A stretch of 64,000 nucleotides of DNA from Octopus vulgaris (GCA_951406725.2 OX597823.1:63488001-63552000), one strand, 5' to 3'; positions 39,019 to 52,551 are shown, counted from the stretch's first letter. Notes: generated by a model from the letters alone, not told the origin. Numbers and translations are program-made.

Positions 39019-39365
39019 GGGAAGACGTTTTCGTATTGTGAGTAAGTGCTTTTGTGAAAGAAGTTTCCGTATTATGAGTAAAGGCTTTTAGGAAAGAGGT
39101 TTTCGTATTGTGAGTTAACTCTTCTGGAAAATTTTTCGTATTGTGAGTAAGCGCTTTTGGAAAAAAAATTTCCTTATTGTAAGTAAGCGCTTTGGGAAAA
39201 GAATTTATCGTATTGTGAGTAACCGCTTTTGGGAAATAAGTTTTTGTATTCTGAGTTAGCGCTTTTTGGAAGAAGTTTTCGTATCGTGAGTAAGCGCTTT
39301 TGGGAAAGAAGTTTTCTTATTGTAAGTAAGCGCTTTTGGGAAATAAATTTTCTGGGAAAGAAGTT
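39019..39365. repeat. 36-bp minisatellite, ~9 copies
   Basis: Consensus GGAAAGAAGTTTTCGTATTGTGAGTAAGCGCTTTTG. Confidence 0.92.
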
Positions 39366-39941
39366 GTTACTGTGTGTAAGCCTTTTCGTTGTTCAACTTT
39401 TCAAACACACATGTGGGTTAATCCATAAAGAGAAAGTTGCTTCTAGTTCTGATGTTGAGTACTTCTAGTTTAGTTTCGGATTTAGAATCCTTAAAAAGTA
39501 TTCTTCTTTTGCCTTTCGTTGTTGATCATTTTATTTTATCTTAGAAAAGGAGTCTTCACCTGCATTATTTGTTTCTTCGATGTGAATCTTGCCTTTGTTA
39601 GGACTCCTAGTATTTTGCGATCTGGCCGTTGTTTTCGATTGTTGGCAATTTGTGATTTCTTAATTATTTATTAGAGATTCGTATTTTCCGGCATAAAGTC
39701 GACATAGTGTCTTTTACCATAACCCCACCCCAAACTGTACGAATGGATTTGGTAGTTGTCGTATATATTCTTTTCTACTCTAGGCACAAGGCCGAAATTT
39801 TTGTGGGGAGGGGTCCAGTCAATTAGATCGACCCTAGTACGCAACTGGTATTTAACTTATCGACCTCGAAAGGATGAAAGTCAAAGTCGACCTTGGAGGA
39901 ATTTGAGTTGTATATATTGTGCTTCTACTCTACTACCATTT

Positions 39942-40211
39942 TGTTCCTTCTTGAGCCACTCCTTGGCGTATAGGTTCCCAACCTGGACGGGACGCCGGCC
40001 CGTCGGAAGTGAGCTGCAATATGCAGGAGGAAAGAGTGAGAGAAAGTTGTGGCGAAAGAATCAGCAGAAGTTCGCCATTATCTTCTGCCGGAGCCGCGTG
40101 GAGCTTAGGTGTTTCGCTCATAAACACACACATCGCCCGGTCTGAGATTCGAACCCGCGATCACTCGACCGTGAGACCGCTGCTCTAACCACTAGGCCAT
40201 GTGCCTCCATG
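39942..40211 (-). mobile_element. SINE family C variant (tRNA-derived)
   Basis: Head GGCCTAGTGGTTAGAGC..GGTTCGAATC; TSD TACTACCATTT at 39931 and 40212. Confidence 0.85.
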
Positions 40212-40454
40212 TACTACCATTTGGCAACTGGTGTTAGTTTTTACAACTCCCTGTAAACGAGAAAACAGATTTATAGAGTAACAATTCCGTACAGCCATTT
40301 TTACCTGTAATATATGCAAGTACTAAGGTTAATTTCTTCGACTAAACCCTTCAATGCAGTGCACCAACATGGCTGCAGTTCAATGACTAAAACGAGTAAA
40401 ATTCTTTAAAAATATGTAGTCAATACTTTTTCCTTTTCTTTCTTTTTTTTTTTT

Positions 40455-40676
40455 TTTACTTGTTTCAATCATTTGACTGCGTTCATGCTGGAGCACCGTC
40501 TTGAAAGACTTTAGTCGAACAAATCGACCCCAGGACTTATTTTTTTAAAGCCCAGTACTTATTCTATCATTTTTTTGCCGAACCGCTAAGTTACGGGGAC
40601 GTAGACACACCAACACTGGTTGTGAGTGGTGGTGGTGTATGGAGGAAAGAAATACAGACACAAAGACACACACATA

Positions 40677-40770
<94 letters not shown>

Positions 40771-40930
40771 ACGGGTTTCTTTCAGTTTCCATCTATCAAG
40801 TCCGCTCACAAGGCTTGGTCGGCCCGAGGCTATAGCAGAAAACACTTGCCCAAGGTGCCATGCAATGGGACTGAACCTGGAACCAGGTAGTTGGAAAGCA
40901 AGCTTCTTACCTCACAGTCACTCCTGTACC
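40455..40930 (-). mobile_element. SINE family B
   Basis: Full head-to-tail similarity with the 9937 copy. Confidence 0.88.
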
Positions 40931-41647
40931 TGAAATTCATTGTAATTGTTATGTACACATATATGTGAACACATTTTTTTTTTATATATATCGTTAAAAT
41001 ATTGATATATTTTACATCACAAACTAATATACCCGTTAGTATCTGAAATACATTGCTCGTATGTGTGTGCGAACATTTCTCGTTACTCACTTTACGTAGT
41101 CAGTACTTGAATAGATTTCCACTGCTATTATAATCTCTAATACATGTAAAAAAAAAAAAAAATTCGTTGCTATGCACCCGGAGCTATGTGGTCGGCATAT
41201 TTGCATATTTTGTATCACGAACAATTGTAGCCATTGCATCTTTGAAAGCATTGCCTTGCTTTGTTCCTGTGTATATCTGAAAGCATTTCAGTTATTCGAT
41301 ACATTCTGAGGTATTACAACTAACAATAGTAGTAAGGAGTTGTAATGCTATGGATGAAATACAAATGAAATAAGGTGAACAAGAAACAGACAGAGCTACC
41401 CAAGACTGCATTTTCTAGACGCAACTAAAATCTATAAGGGTTTGATATTTCTGCTATTGCCTTGTTGTTGTTGTTTGGTCATATTTGAGTAGAACTATGA
41501 GTAAAGAAATCCCAAAGGGAACTGTTCTAAGGCATACTGTGTTACGAAGGCCCACATTATCTAATGAGTCTTTCTCCTTTAGAAAGACTTTTACGTGTAA
41601 TTTGGAGGAAATTTGGCAGCTATCTCTAATATGTGGAGCAACAAGGC

Positions 41648-41806
41648 TTCTTCTTCTTCTTCTTCTTCTTCTTCTTCTTCTTCTTCTTCCTTTTCCTTTT
41701 CCTTTTCTTCTTCTTCTTCTTCTTCTTCCTTTTCCTTTTCTTCTTCTTCTTCTTCTTCTTCTTCTTCTTTTTCCTTTTCTTCTTCTTCCTCTTCTTCTTC
41801 TTCTTC

Positions 41807-41852
<46 letters not shown>
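41648..41852. repeat. (CTT)n/(TTA)n microsatellite
   Basis: Direct inspection. Confidence 0.95.
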
Positions 41853-41856
<4 letters not shown>

Positions 41857-42334
41857 TAGTTTTATTTTTTATAGCGTGCTTTCACTTCACTACCGAGCGC
41901 AGCTCTGTGTGCCTTGGGTATGTGCTGTGATTTGTTGTGATGCTCTGATGGTTATTGTATGGAAAGTGTTCTGCGTAGGATGTGTGCAGTGCCCAGTAGT
42001 GCAATTTTCTGTATGTTATATGTGTTTGTAAGTCCTGGTGTTTTTGTTATGTATTTGTCTGAATATTTTTTTATCATGCCTAATGCACCTACTATGATAG
42101 GATTTGTTTCTGTTTTTAGATTCCACATTCTGGTTACCTTCATTTCCAGGACTTTGTATTTTGAAAGTTTCTCCATTTCTTTTAGAGACACGTTGTCATC
42201 TGCCGGTATTGATACATCAATCAGAAAGCATTTGTTTCCTTCATGATCTCTGACAACTATATCTGGTCTGTTGGCCTTAATTTCTCTATCTGTGTGTATC
42301 GGCATATCCCAGAGTATGGTTGCTTTCTCATTTT

Positions 42335-42336
<2 letters not shown>
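41853..42336 (-). mobile_element. 5'-truncated R4/Dong-like element inside (TAA)n
   Basis: Near-identical reverse complement of ~46777-47260; (TTA)n on both sides. Confidence 0.93.
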
Positions 42337-42397
<61 letters not shown>

Positions 42398-42473
42398 GTT
42401 GTTGTTGTTGTTGTTGTTGTTATTATTACTATTATTATTATTATCATTATTATCATTATTATTATCATTATTG

Positions 42474-42655
42474 GTTGCGAGCTGGCAGAATCGTTAGCAC
42501 GCTGGGCGGAATGCTTTGCGGTGCTTCGTTCGTCACTACATTCTGAGTTCAAATTCGGGGTCGATAAATTAAGTACCAGTTCAGTGCTGGGATCGACGTG
42601 ATCGACTGTCCCCCTCCCCACAAAATCCAAGCCTTCTGCCTATAGTAGAAAAGAA
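42474..42655 (+). mobile_element. SINE family A, internally deleted
   Basis: Head + GGGGTCGATAAATTAAGTACC. Confidence 0.8.
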
Positions 42656-42674
42656 TGCCTATAGTAGAAAGGAA

Positions 42675-42927
42675 TTTGGTTTTGATAAGTGTGCCAAGGT
42701 CACTTTCCGAAAAGGGAAACTGAAGACCTCACTTTCAGTGGTGTTGGATGTTGACACAGTCGTAAAAGAACTCGAGCAGGAACAAACTTACAAATACCTC
42801 GGAATTCAGAATAAATGAGGGCTGTAGCATTCAACATGCAAATATGAAAGAGAAGGTCAGGAAGGAGTATTACAGGAGAGTTCGAGCAGTCAGAGTTAAA
42901 TGCACGTAACAAGGAGTTAGCTATAAC
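42675..42927 (+). pseudogene. Fragment of another R4-like RT thumb region
   Basis: FGFDKCAKVTFRKGKL..VKELEQEQTYKYLGI..MKEKVRKEYYRRVR parallels 45575..47161. Confidence 0.8.
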
Positions 42928-43089
42928 TATATAAAGGCACTATCAATTCAATAATATAGCCAAAAACAAAGGCCAGTATGCATGGGCGACTGCTGGTCTT
43001 CCATAAACAACCTTGCCCAGACTTGTGCCTCGGAGGGCAACTTTCTAGGTGCAATCCCATTGTCATTCATGACCGAAGGAGGTCACACA

Positions 43090-43442
43090 CACACAAGCCT
43101 AAACGAAACGATCCACTACTACAAAACACACTATATACAGTAAATATCGAATGAAATAAACAACATCCAGCAGGACAGATACCTACTTCATTAAACATAC
43201 AAAACACTAATACAAACACTAATACAACAAAAGACTGTGCCCCATCTCAAAAAGAGAAAAGAGAAAGAAACTGACGTAATACAATACCGGGAAGAGTTCG
43301 CACACTTCCAACAACAAAAACATACAATGCCGCACACACACACACCAGCAACACAGAGGTGTAGCAGATGATGCAATAGAAATTTGCCTGAAACTACCAG
43401 ATGTTAAACAATGATAATAATAATAATAACAATAATAATTAC

Positions 43443-43507
<65 letters not shown>

Positions 43508-43509
43508 CG

Positions 43510-43594
<85 letters not shown>

Positions 43595-46500
43595 TAATAA
43601 TAATTATTATTATTATTATTCCTCATGTTGTTCCTCATGTTGTTCCTCATGTCCCACAAATAAAACCCAAAAGACATAAATGGACACAGGAGGAATACAT
43701 TTCTATCCTACACGCATACTTCACAGCAGTGCTCTACCCAAAAAATGAAAACACAACAACACATACATATAAAATATGGAAGGAAAATAACAAATATAGA
43801 CTTGGATACAGCAATGAACCCTAATAAACTAGCTAACGTACGAAGATACATTCTCAACGCAAAAAAATATCAGAAATAGAAATAGAATATCTAAAAGAAA
43901 AAATACACCAGGAAAATGTAGATAGAAGCCACACAACAATGCCCAATAATATAAACACTGAAACAGTAAAACACGAAGACAAAGGTAACATTCCCAACAA
44001 ACACGATGTAAACAAAAAACAACAAACCCAGACCGTAAGGATGCATAATAATACACGACAAACAGCAAGCCAAAACACGGCAAACAAACATATAAATAAG
44101 AAAGAAAGCGACACCAATCTAAAACCTGGAAACAACGAAGGGGAGCCTAATGATTATGATAATATAAAAAGTAAAATAATCAAAGAACTGAAAACCACAG
44201 AGCTCAAAATGGACCACCGACCATACCTCCCAAAAATCAAAATAGACGAAACAACAACACCAATTATAAACAGCATAAACCTAGCCGTCACGGAACTAAT
44301 AGTCACTGAAACAAAAAGTGATATCACTGAGCTAAATGACTTAGTCTACGCAGCAGCCACTGCAGCCACAAAAGAAGCTGGATACTCACTCAAACCCATC
44401 CAAACAGGAGTACCACCACCCAAACAAACCCTGTGGATAAATAACATCCAAAACAAAATACAAAAAATGAGAAAAGATCTGTCGATTCTTAATGAAATCA
44501 GTAGACAATCAACGCTACTGAGCAACAAAAAGAAAACAAAAATACTCCGCAAATATAACATCACAGAAAAAGATTTACCTGAGATAAAAGAAAAGCTGAA
44601 GCAAGATATCCTTGCCAAAGCACAAAGGATCCGCCGGTACGAGAAACGCCAGCGCTTCTTTGAACAAAACAAAAATTTCAACTCCAACCCCAAAAAGTTC
44701 TACCAAGAACTTGGCAAAAATAAAATAGAAATCACTGCAGCACCAACGGCAGAAGAAGTGGAAGAATTCTGGAGAGAAATATGGTCGGCGAACGAACAAC
44801 CAAAAAAAGGAGTATTAAAACAACAAACTCAGCATCTGAGCAACTTTGGACCCCCATAACAACTGAAGAGGTCACCAAGGCACTGCAAAGACTAAGCAAC
44901 TGGAAGGCACCTGGGCATGACAAGATCCCTAACTTCTGGTTGAAATATCTAACAGGAATGCACAAAAAGCTGGCTGAAAACTTTAACAACATACTAGCAG
45001 AGCCAGAGACAATGCCTGAATAGCTCACGAAAAGGAAAACCATCTTAATTCCCAAATCAAAGGAGACAGCAAAACCAGAAAACTACAGACCAATAACCTG
45101 TCTCCCTACAATGTACAAGGCATTTACTGCAGTGATATCGCAAAGGTTGAACAAGCACCTGGACGAAAACAACCTGTTTCCAGAAGAGCAGAAAGGATGC
45201 CGCAAAGGCTCATATGGCTGTAAAGATCAACTAATGATTAATAAAGCCGTAACTAAAGACAGCCACAGAAAGAAGAAAGGCCTCAGTATGGCCTGGATCG
45301 ACTACAAAAAGGCGTTTGATAGCGTCCCCCACACATGGATCCTCGAAACACTAGCCATTAACAAAGTTGCACCAACAATTATAAAATTCATAGGGCACTC
45401 TATGAATAAATGGCAAACAGTGCTACAGCTCCAAACAAAAGAGGGACTCGTGAAAACCAAAGCCATCCCCATTAGAAGAGGAATATTCCAGGGAGACACG
45501 CTCTCTCCACTCCTTTTCTGTTTGGCACTGTCACCTCTATCTGATATGCTAAATAGAACTGGATGCGGATATAAATGTTACGGCAAAACGATCAGCCACC
45601 TTTCATATGTGTGGATGACCTAAAACTATATGCTGCAAATGACAAACAGCTGGAAACACTATTAAAGACAGTTCATGGATTTACCAAAGAAATAGATATG
45701 AAATTTGGATTAGAAAAATGCGCCAAAGTAACCCTGAAAATAGGAAAACTAGTTAAGAGTAGCAACATCACACTAGATAAAACCAATGAAATAAAAGAAT
45801 TAGACCAAAGCCAAACTTACAAATACTTAGGAATCCATGAACTAGATAAGACACAACACACACAAATGAAAGAGAAAATAAAAAAAGAATATTATAGACG
45901 AGTTAGATCAATACTAAAAACAGAGCTCAATGCTAAAAACAAGATAATAGGTATTAACACTTTAGCTGTCCCAGTTATAAGTTACAGCTACAATATCCTT
46001 AACTGGACACTAAATGAACTGACCAAAATAGATAGGAAAACAAGAAAAATAATGACAGGATCTAGGATGCATCACCCAAAATCTGACATAGAAAGACTAT
46101 ATATACAACGTATAGAAGGTGGTAGAGGCCTTATACAGCTGGAAAACTACTATAAAATAACTACCATAGGACTGCAAAAAAATCTACTTCAGAAGGAAGG
46201 AAAACTGATACAAATAGCGACAAAACACGAGCAAAACAAAAACCTGTTCTCAGTATTTAAGGAAGCTGACAAATACAAACAAGAAATCATACCACCTAAT
46301 AAATATGAAGAAGAAGATGAAGAAACAACAAAAGCTATAAAACAAATGAAATCCAGACTAAAAATAGAACAGCAACGAACCATGATAAAACGATGGCAAG
46401 AAAAGCCCCTTCATGGTAAAAACTGGACTAAACTAAACGCAAAAGAAATAGACAAAGAAAAATCCCAGCAATGGTTGAGAAGCTCAGGATTCAAAGCAGA

Positions 46501-47283
46501 GACTGGGGGATTTTTAATTGCAGCACAAGACCAAAGCCTCCCCACCAGAAATTACCAAAAACATGTAATGAAAAGAAATATAACAAGTAACTACAGAATA
46601 TGTGGAGATGGACAAGAAACAATAAATCATATTATCTCTGGCTGCCCAGTCCTGGCTAAGAAGGAATATATTCACAGACATGACAGAGTTAGAACCTACA
46701 TACACTGGAAGCTATGCCAACATTATGGAATAACAACAGAAAAAGGATGGTATAGGCACACGCCAGAAAAGGTCACAGAAAGCGAAAAAGCAACCATACT
46801 CTGTGATATGCCGATACACACAGATAGAGAAATTAAGGCTAACAGACCAGATATAATTGTCAGAGATCATGAAGGAAAAAAATGCTTTCTAATTGAGGTA
46901 TCAATACCGGCAGATGACAACGTTTCTCTAAAAGAAATGGAGAAACTTTCAAAATACAAAGACCTGGAAATAGAGGTAACCAGAATGTGGAATCTAAAAA
47001 CAGAAACAATCCCTATCATAGTAGGTGCATTAGGCATGATAAAAAAATATTCAGACAAATACATAACAAAAACACCAGGACTTACAAACACATATAACAT
47101 ACAGAAAATTGCACTACTAGGCACTGCACACATCCTACGCAGAACACTTTCCATACAATAACCATAAGAGCATCACAACAAATCACAGCACATACCCAAA
47201 GGCACACAGAGCTGCGATCGGTAGTGAAGTGAAAGCACGCTATAAAAATAAAACTACTGAATAATAATAATAATAATAATAAT
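43090..47283 (+). mobile_element. Near full-length R4/Dong-clade non-LTR retrotransposon (5' boundary uncertain: ~43090 or ~43605)
   Basis: Single ORF remnants, ~100-bp 3' UTR ending AATAAAACTACTG(AAT)n. Confidence 0.9.
43621..47161 (+). pseudogene. Myb-like + RT + CCHC knuckle + restriction-like endonuclease ORF, disrupted
   Basis: RHKWTQEEY, WKAPGHD, NYRPITCL, WIDYKKAFDSVPH, GIFQGDTLSPLLF, VDDLKLY, YRIC..ETINHIISGC, RHD and NRPDI..LIEVS..EK..KY; frameshifts near 43810, 44800 and 45605, stop at 45021. Confidence 0.93.
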
Positions 47284-47368
47284 ATTTTGCATGAGTTTAT
47301 TCGTGGCGATGTACGGGGAACTACGATGGCGACTCGTACGAACAAAAGTTGCTATTAAATATACGCAC

Positions 47369-48229
47369 ATCTGACATAGAAAGACTATATATACAACGTA
47401 TAGAAGGTGGTAGAGGCCTTATACAGCTGGAAAACTACTATAAAATAACTACCATAGGACTGCAAAAAAATCTACTTCAGAAGGAAGGAAAGCTGATACA
47501 AATAGCGACAAAACACGAGCAAAACAAAAACCTGTTCTCAGTATTTAAGGAAGCTGACAAATACAAACAAGAAACCATACCACCTAATAAATATGAAGAA
47601 GAAGATGAAGAAACAACAAAAGCTATAAAACAAATGAAATCCAAACTAAAAATAGAACAGCAACGAACCATGATAAAACGATGGCAAGAAAAGCCCCTTC
47701 ATGGTAAAAACTGGACTAAACTAAACGCAAAAGAAATAGACAAAGAAAAATCCCAGCAATGGTTGAGAAGCTCAGGATTCAAAGCAGAGACTGGGGGATT
47801 TTTAATTGCAGCACAAGACCAAAGCCTCCCCACCAGAAATTACCAAAAACATGTAATGAAAAGAAATATAACAAGTAACTACAGAATATGTGGAGATGGA
47901 CAAGAAACAATAAATCATATTATCTCTGGCTGCCCAGTCCTGGCTAAGGAGGAATATATTCACAGACATGACAGAGTTAGAACCTACATACACTGGAAGC
48001 TATGCCAACATTATGGAATAACAACAGAAAAAGGATGGTATAGGCACATGCCAGAAAAGGTCACAGAAAGCGAAAAAGCAACCATACTCTGTGATATGCC
48101 GATACACAGTTTTCCTTCCTTCTGAAGTAGATTTTTTTGCAGTCCTATGGTAGTTATTTTATAGTAGTTTTCCAGCTGTATAAGGCCTCTACCACCTTCT
48201 ATACGTTGTATATATAGTCTTTCTATGTC
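47369..48229. repeat. Local duplication of 46081-46820 plus an inverted copy of ~46085-46207
   Basis: 47369-48108 is a direct copy with about 5 visible substitutions; 48106-48229 is the reverse complement of the start of the same segment. Confidence 0.92.
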
Positions 48230-48590
48230 GAGACCTTGTTGCATATTTGAGAACTAGTTTTATTGAAAGTGTATCAATTATTTACAGTAGATGACGCCCA
48301 TATAACTCTGCTTATTTCGTTCTGTATAATTAATTTGTCGATCATTTGGTCACGGATTGTTTGGTTTTATTGACACGAAAGATTCCAGTGTTGTCACGAT
48401 ACAATTGAAGAAAGTGTAATCGTAAGTATACGGAGTGGTTTATTATGCAACTTAGTCATTAACTCGGAAGGAAGCGAAGATTAACACAGGCAGCTATCAA
48501 TAAAACAAACGAACAAGCACGCACACACATAAACACAGACATAGACACAGACACACACACACATACACACAGAAGATACAAAGTAGATAG

Positions 48591-48694
<104 letters not shown>

Positions 48695-48774
48695 CTATGT
48701 AAATAGAGAGACGTACATGGATATTCATAGATATATGTCTATATATATGAGGATAGATACATATTGTGTGTATA

Positions 48775-49030
48775 TAAAGGTAAAGAACCCCTTCGGTCAT
48801 GAATGACCTTGGAATTGCCCTTAGAAAATTACCCTCCGAGGCACAAATCCATGCAAGGCTGTTTATGGCAGACCAATATACCGGCCTCCTCTTTTCACGC
48901 CACCGAACTGGAGCAATGGTAAATAAAAAGTATATTGCTCAAGAACATAACATACAGCCCGTTCCAGGAATCGAGCTCACTACCTCATGATTGGTAGCCC
49001 GACGCTCTAACCACTGACCCGTATGCCTTC
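48775..49030 (-). mobile_element. tRNA-derived SINE family D with an L2-like CTTTACCTTTA tail; its 3' part also occurs at ~42985-43085 (+)
   Basis: Head GTCAGTGGTTAGAGCG..GAGCTCGATTCC; shared tail GTGCCTCGGAGGG..GTCATTCATGACCGAAGG. Confidence 0.7.
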
Positions 49031-49110
49031 ACACACTTACACACGCGCACACACACACACACACACACACAAATATATATGTATGTATGTACATAAGGAT
49101 AGATACATAT

Positions 49111-49180
<70 letters not shown>

Positions 49181-49287
49181 CACTTGGCCTTGGTGCCGCG
49201 TGGTGAGAATGGATCCAAGAATATATGGCTGGGAAGCAAGCTTCTTTATCATATAACACACCTACGCCTGTGTGTGTCTATGTGTGA

Positions 49288-49323
<36 letters not shown>

Positions 49324-49839
49324 TTATAGATTTCACGCCTCAGAGTCCTCGATTTCTCTTGCCCAGGTTAATTCTGCAAGAGTAGACAACAACCTATTGT
49401 CAAGAGTCTCCACGTTGTCCCCGATAAAGCAGTTTTCTAAGTATATCCTACCCTCATGTCAATCCCAATTTCTCCAACAAATTTCTCAAACGTAGTTTAT
49501 AAAATTCTACTAATACTCCTATAATTATGGGGATGACGGTTACTTTCTTCATTGCCCACATTCGTGCAATGGCTTGTGCTTCTCAGTCTTTTCCAGTTCT
49601 TTATAACTACAACAATGTCTGGTTTCCGAGCATCAATCACTGAATCACAGTAGTCTGTGAAATCCAACAATATCTATTTCTTTACTACCCACAAGGGGCA
49701 AAACACAGAGGGGGAAATCCAACAATATTTTATACTCATTATTCTCGATCACACCTGGTTTATGCTCGTTTCATGTCAATGTTCTCTCAAACAATCTCCA
49801 TGCCTAGCTACGTTTTAATGCTTCCTTTTGTATTCATTT

Positions 49840-50207
49840 TGTAGGCGCATTACCCCTCTTGACAGCGGGTAAACAAGCTGGCTATACAGAGACAGGGAGC
49901 GTTACACAACATTAAGGCTCAGACGTGTGACCTCATCTCTTCTTTCTGCACTGGGATCTTGAACTGTAAAGGTGTGATCTAGCCTCTCTCAACAACAACC
50001 AGCTAGCAGATAGGAGCATAGCACAGAAGACCATGGCCTTTACACACCAACCATTCTATATTTATCATTCCATTGTGTATATAAGTGTGGCCACAATAAA
50101 CGTCGTTTAAGTTGCAACCTCGCTTGTATATGTTTTTCATCTGGGTTTACTACCAGCGAAATTACAGCCTTCAGAGAGTCATATTTGGTGGCTCATAACG
50201 ACCTACA
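49840..50207 (+). mobile_element. Probable solo LTR
   Basis: TGTAGG...CCTACA inverted termini, TATATAA at ~50078 and AATAAA at ~50095; no clean TSD. Confidence 0.5.
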
Positions 50208-50861
50208 CCATCTAAACTTTCTACCCAATTTGCTACGCTCACTTATAGTGTGTGAAACTGCGTCATTCTTTTACGCCATACATCCTACAAAGTGACAATT
50301 CATTATTCTTATCTATTTGGAACTTGATGTAATTAGTTCTCAGAGCTTGTTCCTGGGCGTTGCATATCAATGCCTCAACGTGTTCTTTCAGATCACTTTT
50401 CCGTAGCCACACTCCAGGTGTTGGTCTTGTCTTTCCCTTCTATTTCTCTGAGGTTTTACCCATACATCGCTTTCAATTTCCAGTTGTTCAATCTTTGTTT
50501 CTCCGTCTTGTTTCTTAAATTCTTTTGGGTGTGTCACATATTCATTAGGTATCGCGTTGCTATTTCTAATAGCAATAAGAGGTTTTGATGGAAATGTCCC
50601 ACCAATGTATACATGTAGTCAATAACAGAAGTGCTGTATATATTTATAGCGGGGCAGTCTGTTTGTAACACTGTATGTTGTTTTAACAACAACATTATGT
50701 CTTCGTGAGACGTGTTTTGTAAGCATTCAAAAATCGTTACTATCTTTCCAAATTCTGCTGCATTTCAAGGTCGTTTTCGATGCTAAAGTCAACCTAACTT
50801 TTTGGTCTGTAAATTTTGGTCTGAAAAAAAACCGACTTCAATGCCGGAAAATATTGTATAA

Positions 50862-50913
<52 letters not shown>

Positions 50914-50991
50914 GCGTGTGTGTGTTTGTGTATTCGCGCTTGTTCTTGTATGTATTTTAAATTAGATATGTAGTAACATCAGTTTAAGGAT

Positions 50992-51371
50992 GGAAGCACT
51001 CCGTCGGTTACGACGACGAGGGTTCCGGTTGATCCGATCAACGGAACAGCCTGCTCGTGAAATTAACGTGTAAGTGGCTGAGCATTCCACAGACACGTGT
51101 ACCTTTAACGTAGTTCTCGGGGATATTCAGCGTGACACAGAGAGTGACAAGGCCGGCCCTTTGAAATACAGGTACAACAGAAACAGGAAGTAAGAGTGAG
51201 AGAAAGTTGTGGTGAAAGAGTACAGCAAGGATCACCACCATCCCTGCCGGAGCCTCGTGGAGCTTTAGGTGTTTTCGCTCAATAAACACTCACAACGCCC
51301 GGTCTGGGCATCGAAACCGCGATCCTACGACCGCGAGTCCGCTGCCCTAACCACTGGGCCATTGCGCCTCC
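50992..51371 (-). mobile_element. SINE family C, full length (tRNA-Arg-like head)
   Basis: GGCCCAGTGGTTAGGGCAGCGGACTCGCGG..GGTTTCGATGCC; 16-bp TSD ACAT(C/T)AGTTTAAGGAT. Confidence 0.9.
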
Positions 51372-51524
51372 ACATTAGTTTAAGGATCATATAGGCGAAA
51401 GCAAACCAGCATCACCCAGTAACGCTCCGTAAAAGATCGATGTTAACGAAACAGACACTACATATCTATTGTGCACTCTCAATGTTGTTTATAAAGTCTC
51501 TTCCTGTCTCTATGTGCATGCGAT

Positions 51525-51722
51525 TCTTTTGCTGAATCGCTAAGTTACGGGGACGTAAGCAAACAAACACGCGTTGTTAGGCGGTGGTGACGGACAAACA
51601 CAAAGACACGCGTAGATATCCACGCACACACACACATGTATGTATGTATGCATGTATGTATGTATGTATGTATGTATGTATGTATGTATGTATGTATGTA
51701 TGTATGCATGTATGTATGTATG

Positions 51723-51786
<64 letters not shown>

Positions 51787-51915
51787 GGGCTAATGGGCTT
51801 CTTTCGGTTTCCGTCTACCAAATTCACTCAAGTGGGGCTATAAATACGGATTAAATACGGATTAAATACGGAACCATGTGGTTGGGAAGCAAATTTCTTA
51901 CCACACAGCCTCACA
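51525..51915 (-). mobile_element. SINE family B, deleted, with an expanded internal microsatellite
   Basis: CGCTAAGTTACGGGGACGTA and TTTCCGTCTACCAAAT motifs. Confidence 0.75.
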
Positions 51916-52436
51916 CGCACACACTCACACACACACACACACACACATACACACACAAACACACATATATGCACACACACACATATATATATACACGCAT
52001 ATACACACGTGTATATCTGCGTGTGTTTGTGTGTGTATGTGTAGGCATGTGTCTGTATCTGTGTGCGTACTAGGACATCCACAATTGCTTCTTTCCTTGA
52101 CGATGTAGGCCATGAGGAATTAACCTCAGTGCTATTTATTCAATATGTCTAATTCCAAGTCCTACTCAGGTTACAATATCATAATCCTACCAAATGAGCA
52201 GTTTGTCACTACTTGTGCAAGTATGTTGAAGTAGAAGCTTAACTGAGGAAGTTTTTGCAAGGTTGTCCTCCATACTGACTACAATTATTAAAATAACATT
52301 AACCATCAAAGTTATGCCCTCCCCTCCTTGTCGCATTGCTATCATGTTTCTTAATTGAAAGTTTTGCTCTGTATTAAGTATATTTATTCTTAAATAAACT
52401 GCCTTAAGTAACATGCCTGCATATATCTACGTGTTC

Positions 52437-52551
<115 letters not shown>

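Noticed and set aside
39019-39365. CRISPR-like 36-bp repeat
   Set aside because: Units are contiguous with no unique spacers, no cas genes, eukaryotic context
51290-51372. tRNA gene
   Set aside because: SINE head with body, tail and TSD; no proper acceptor stem. The same applies to 40130-40210 and 48950-49030
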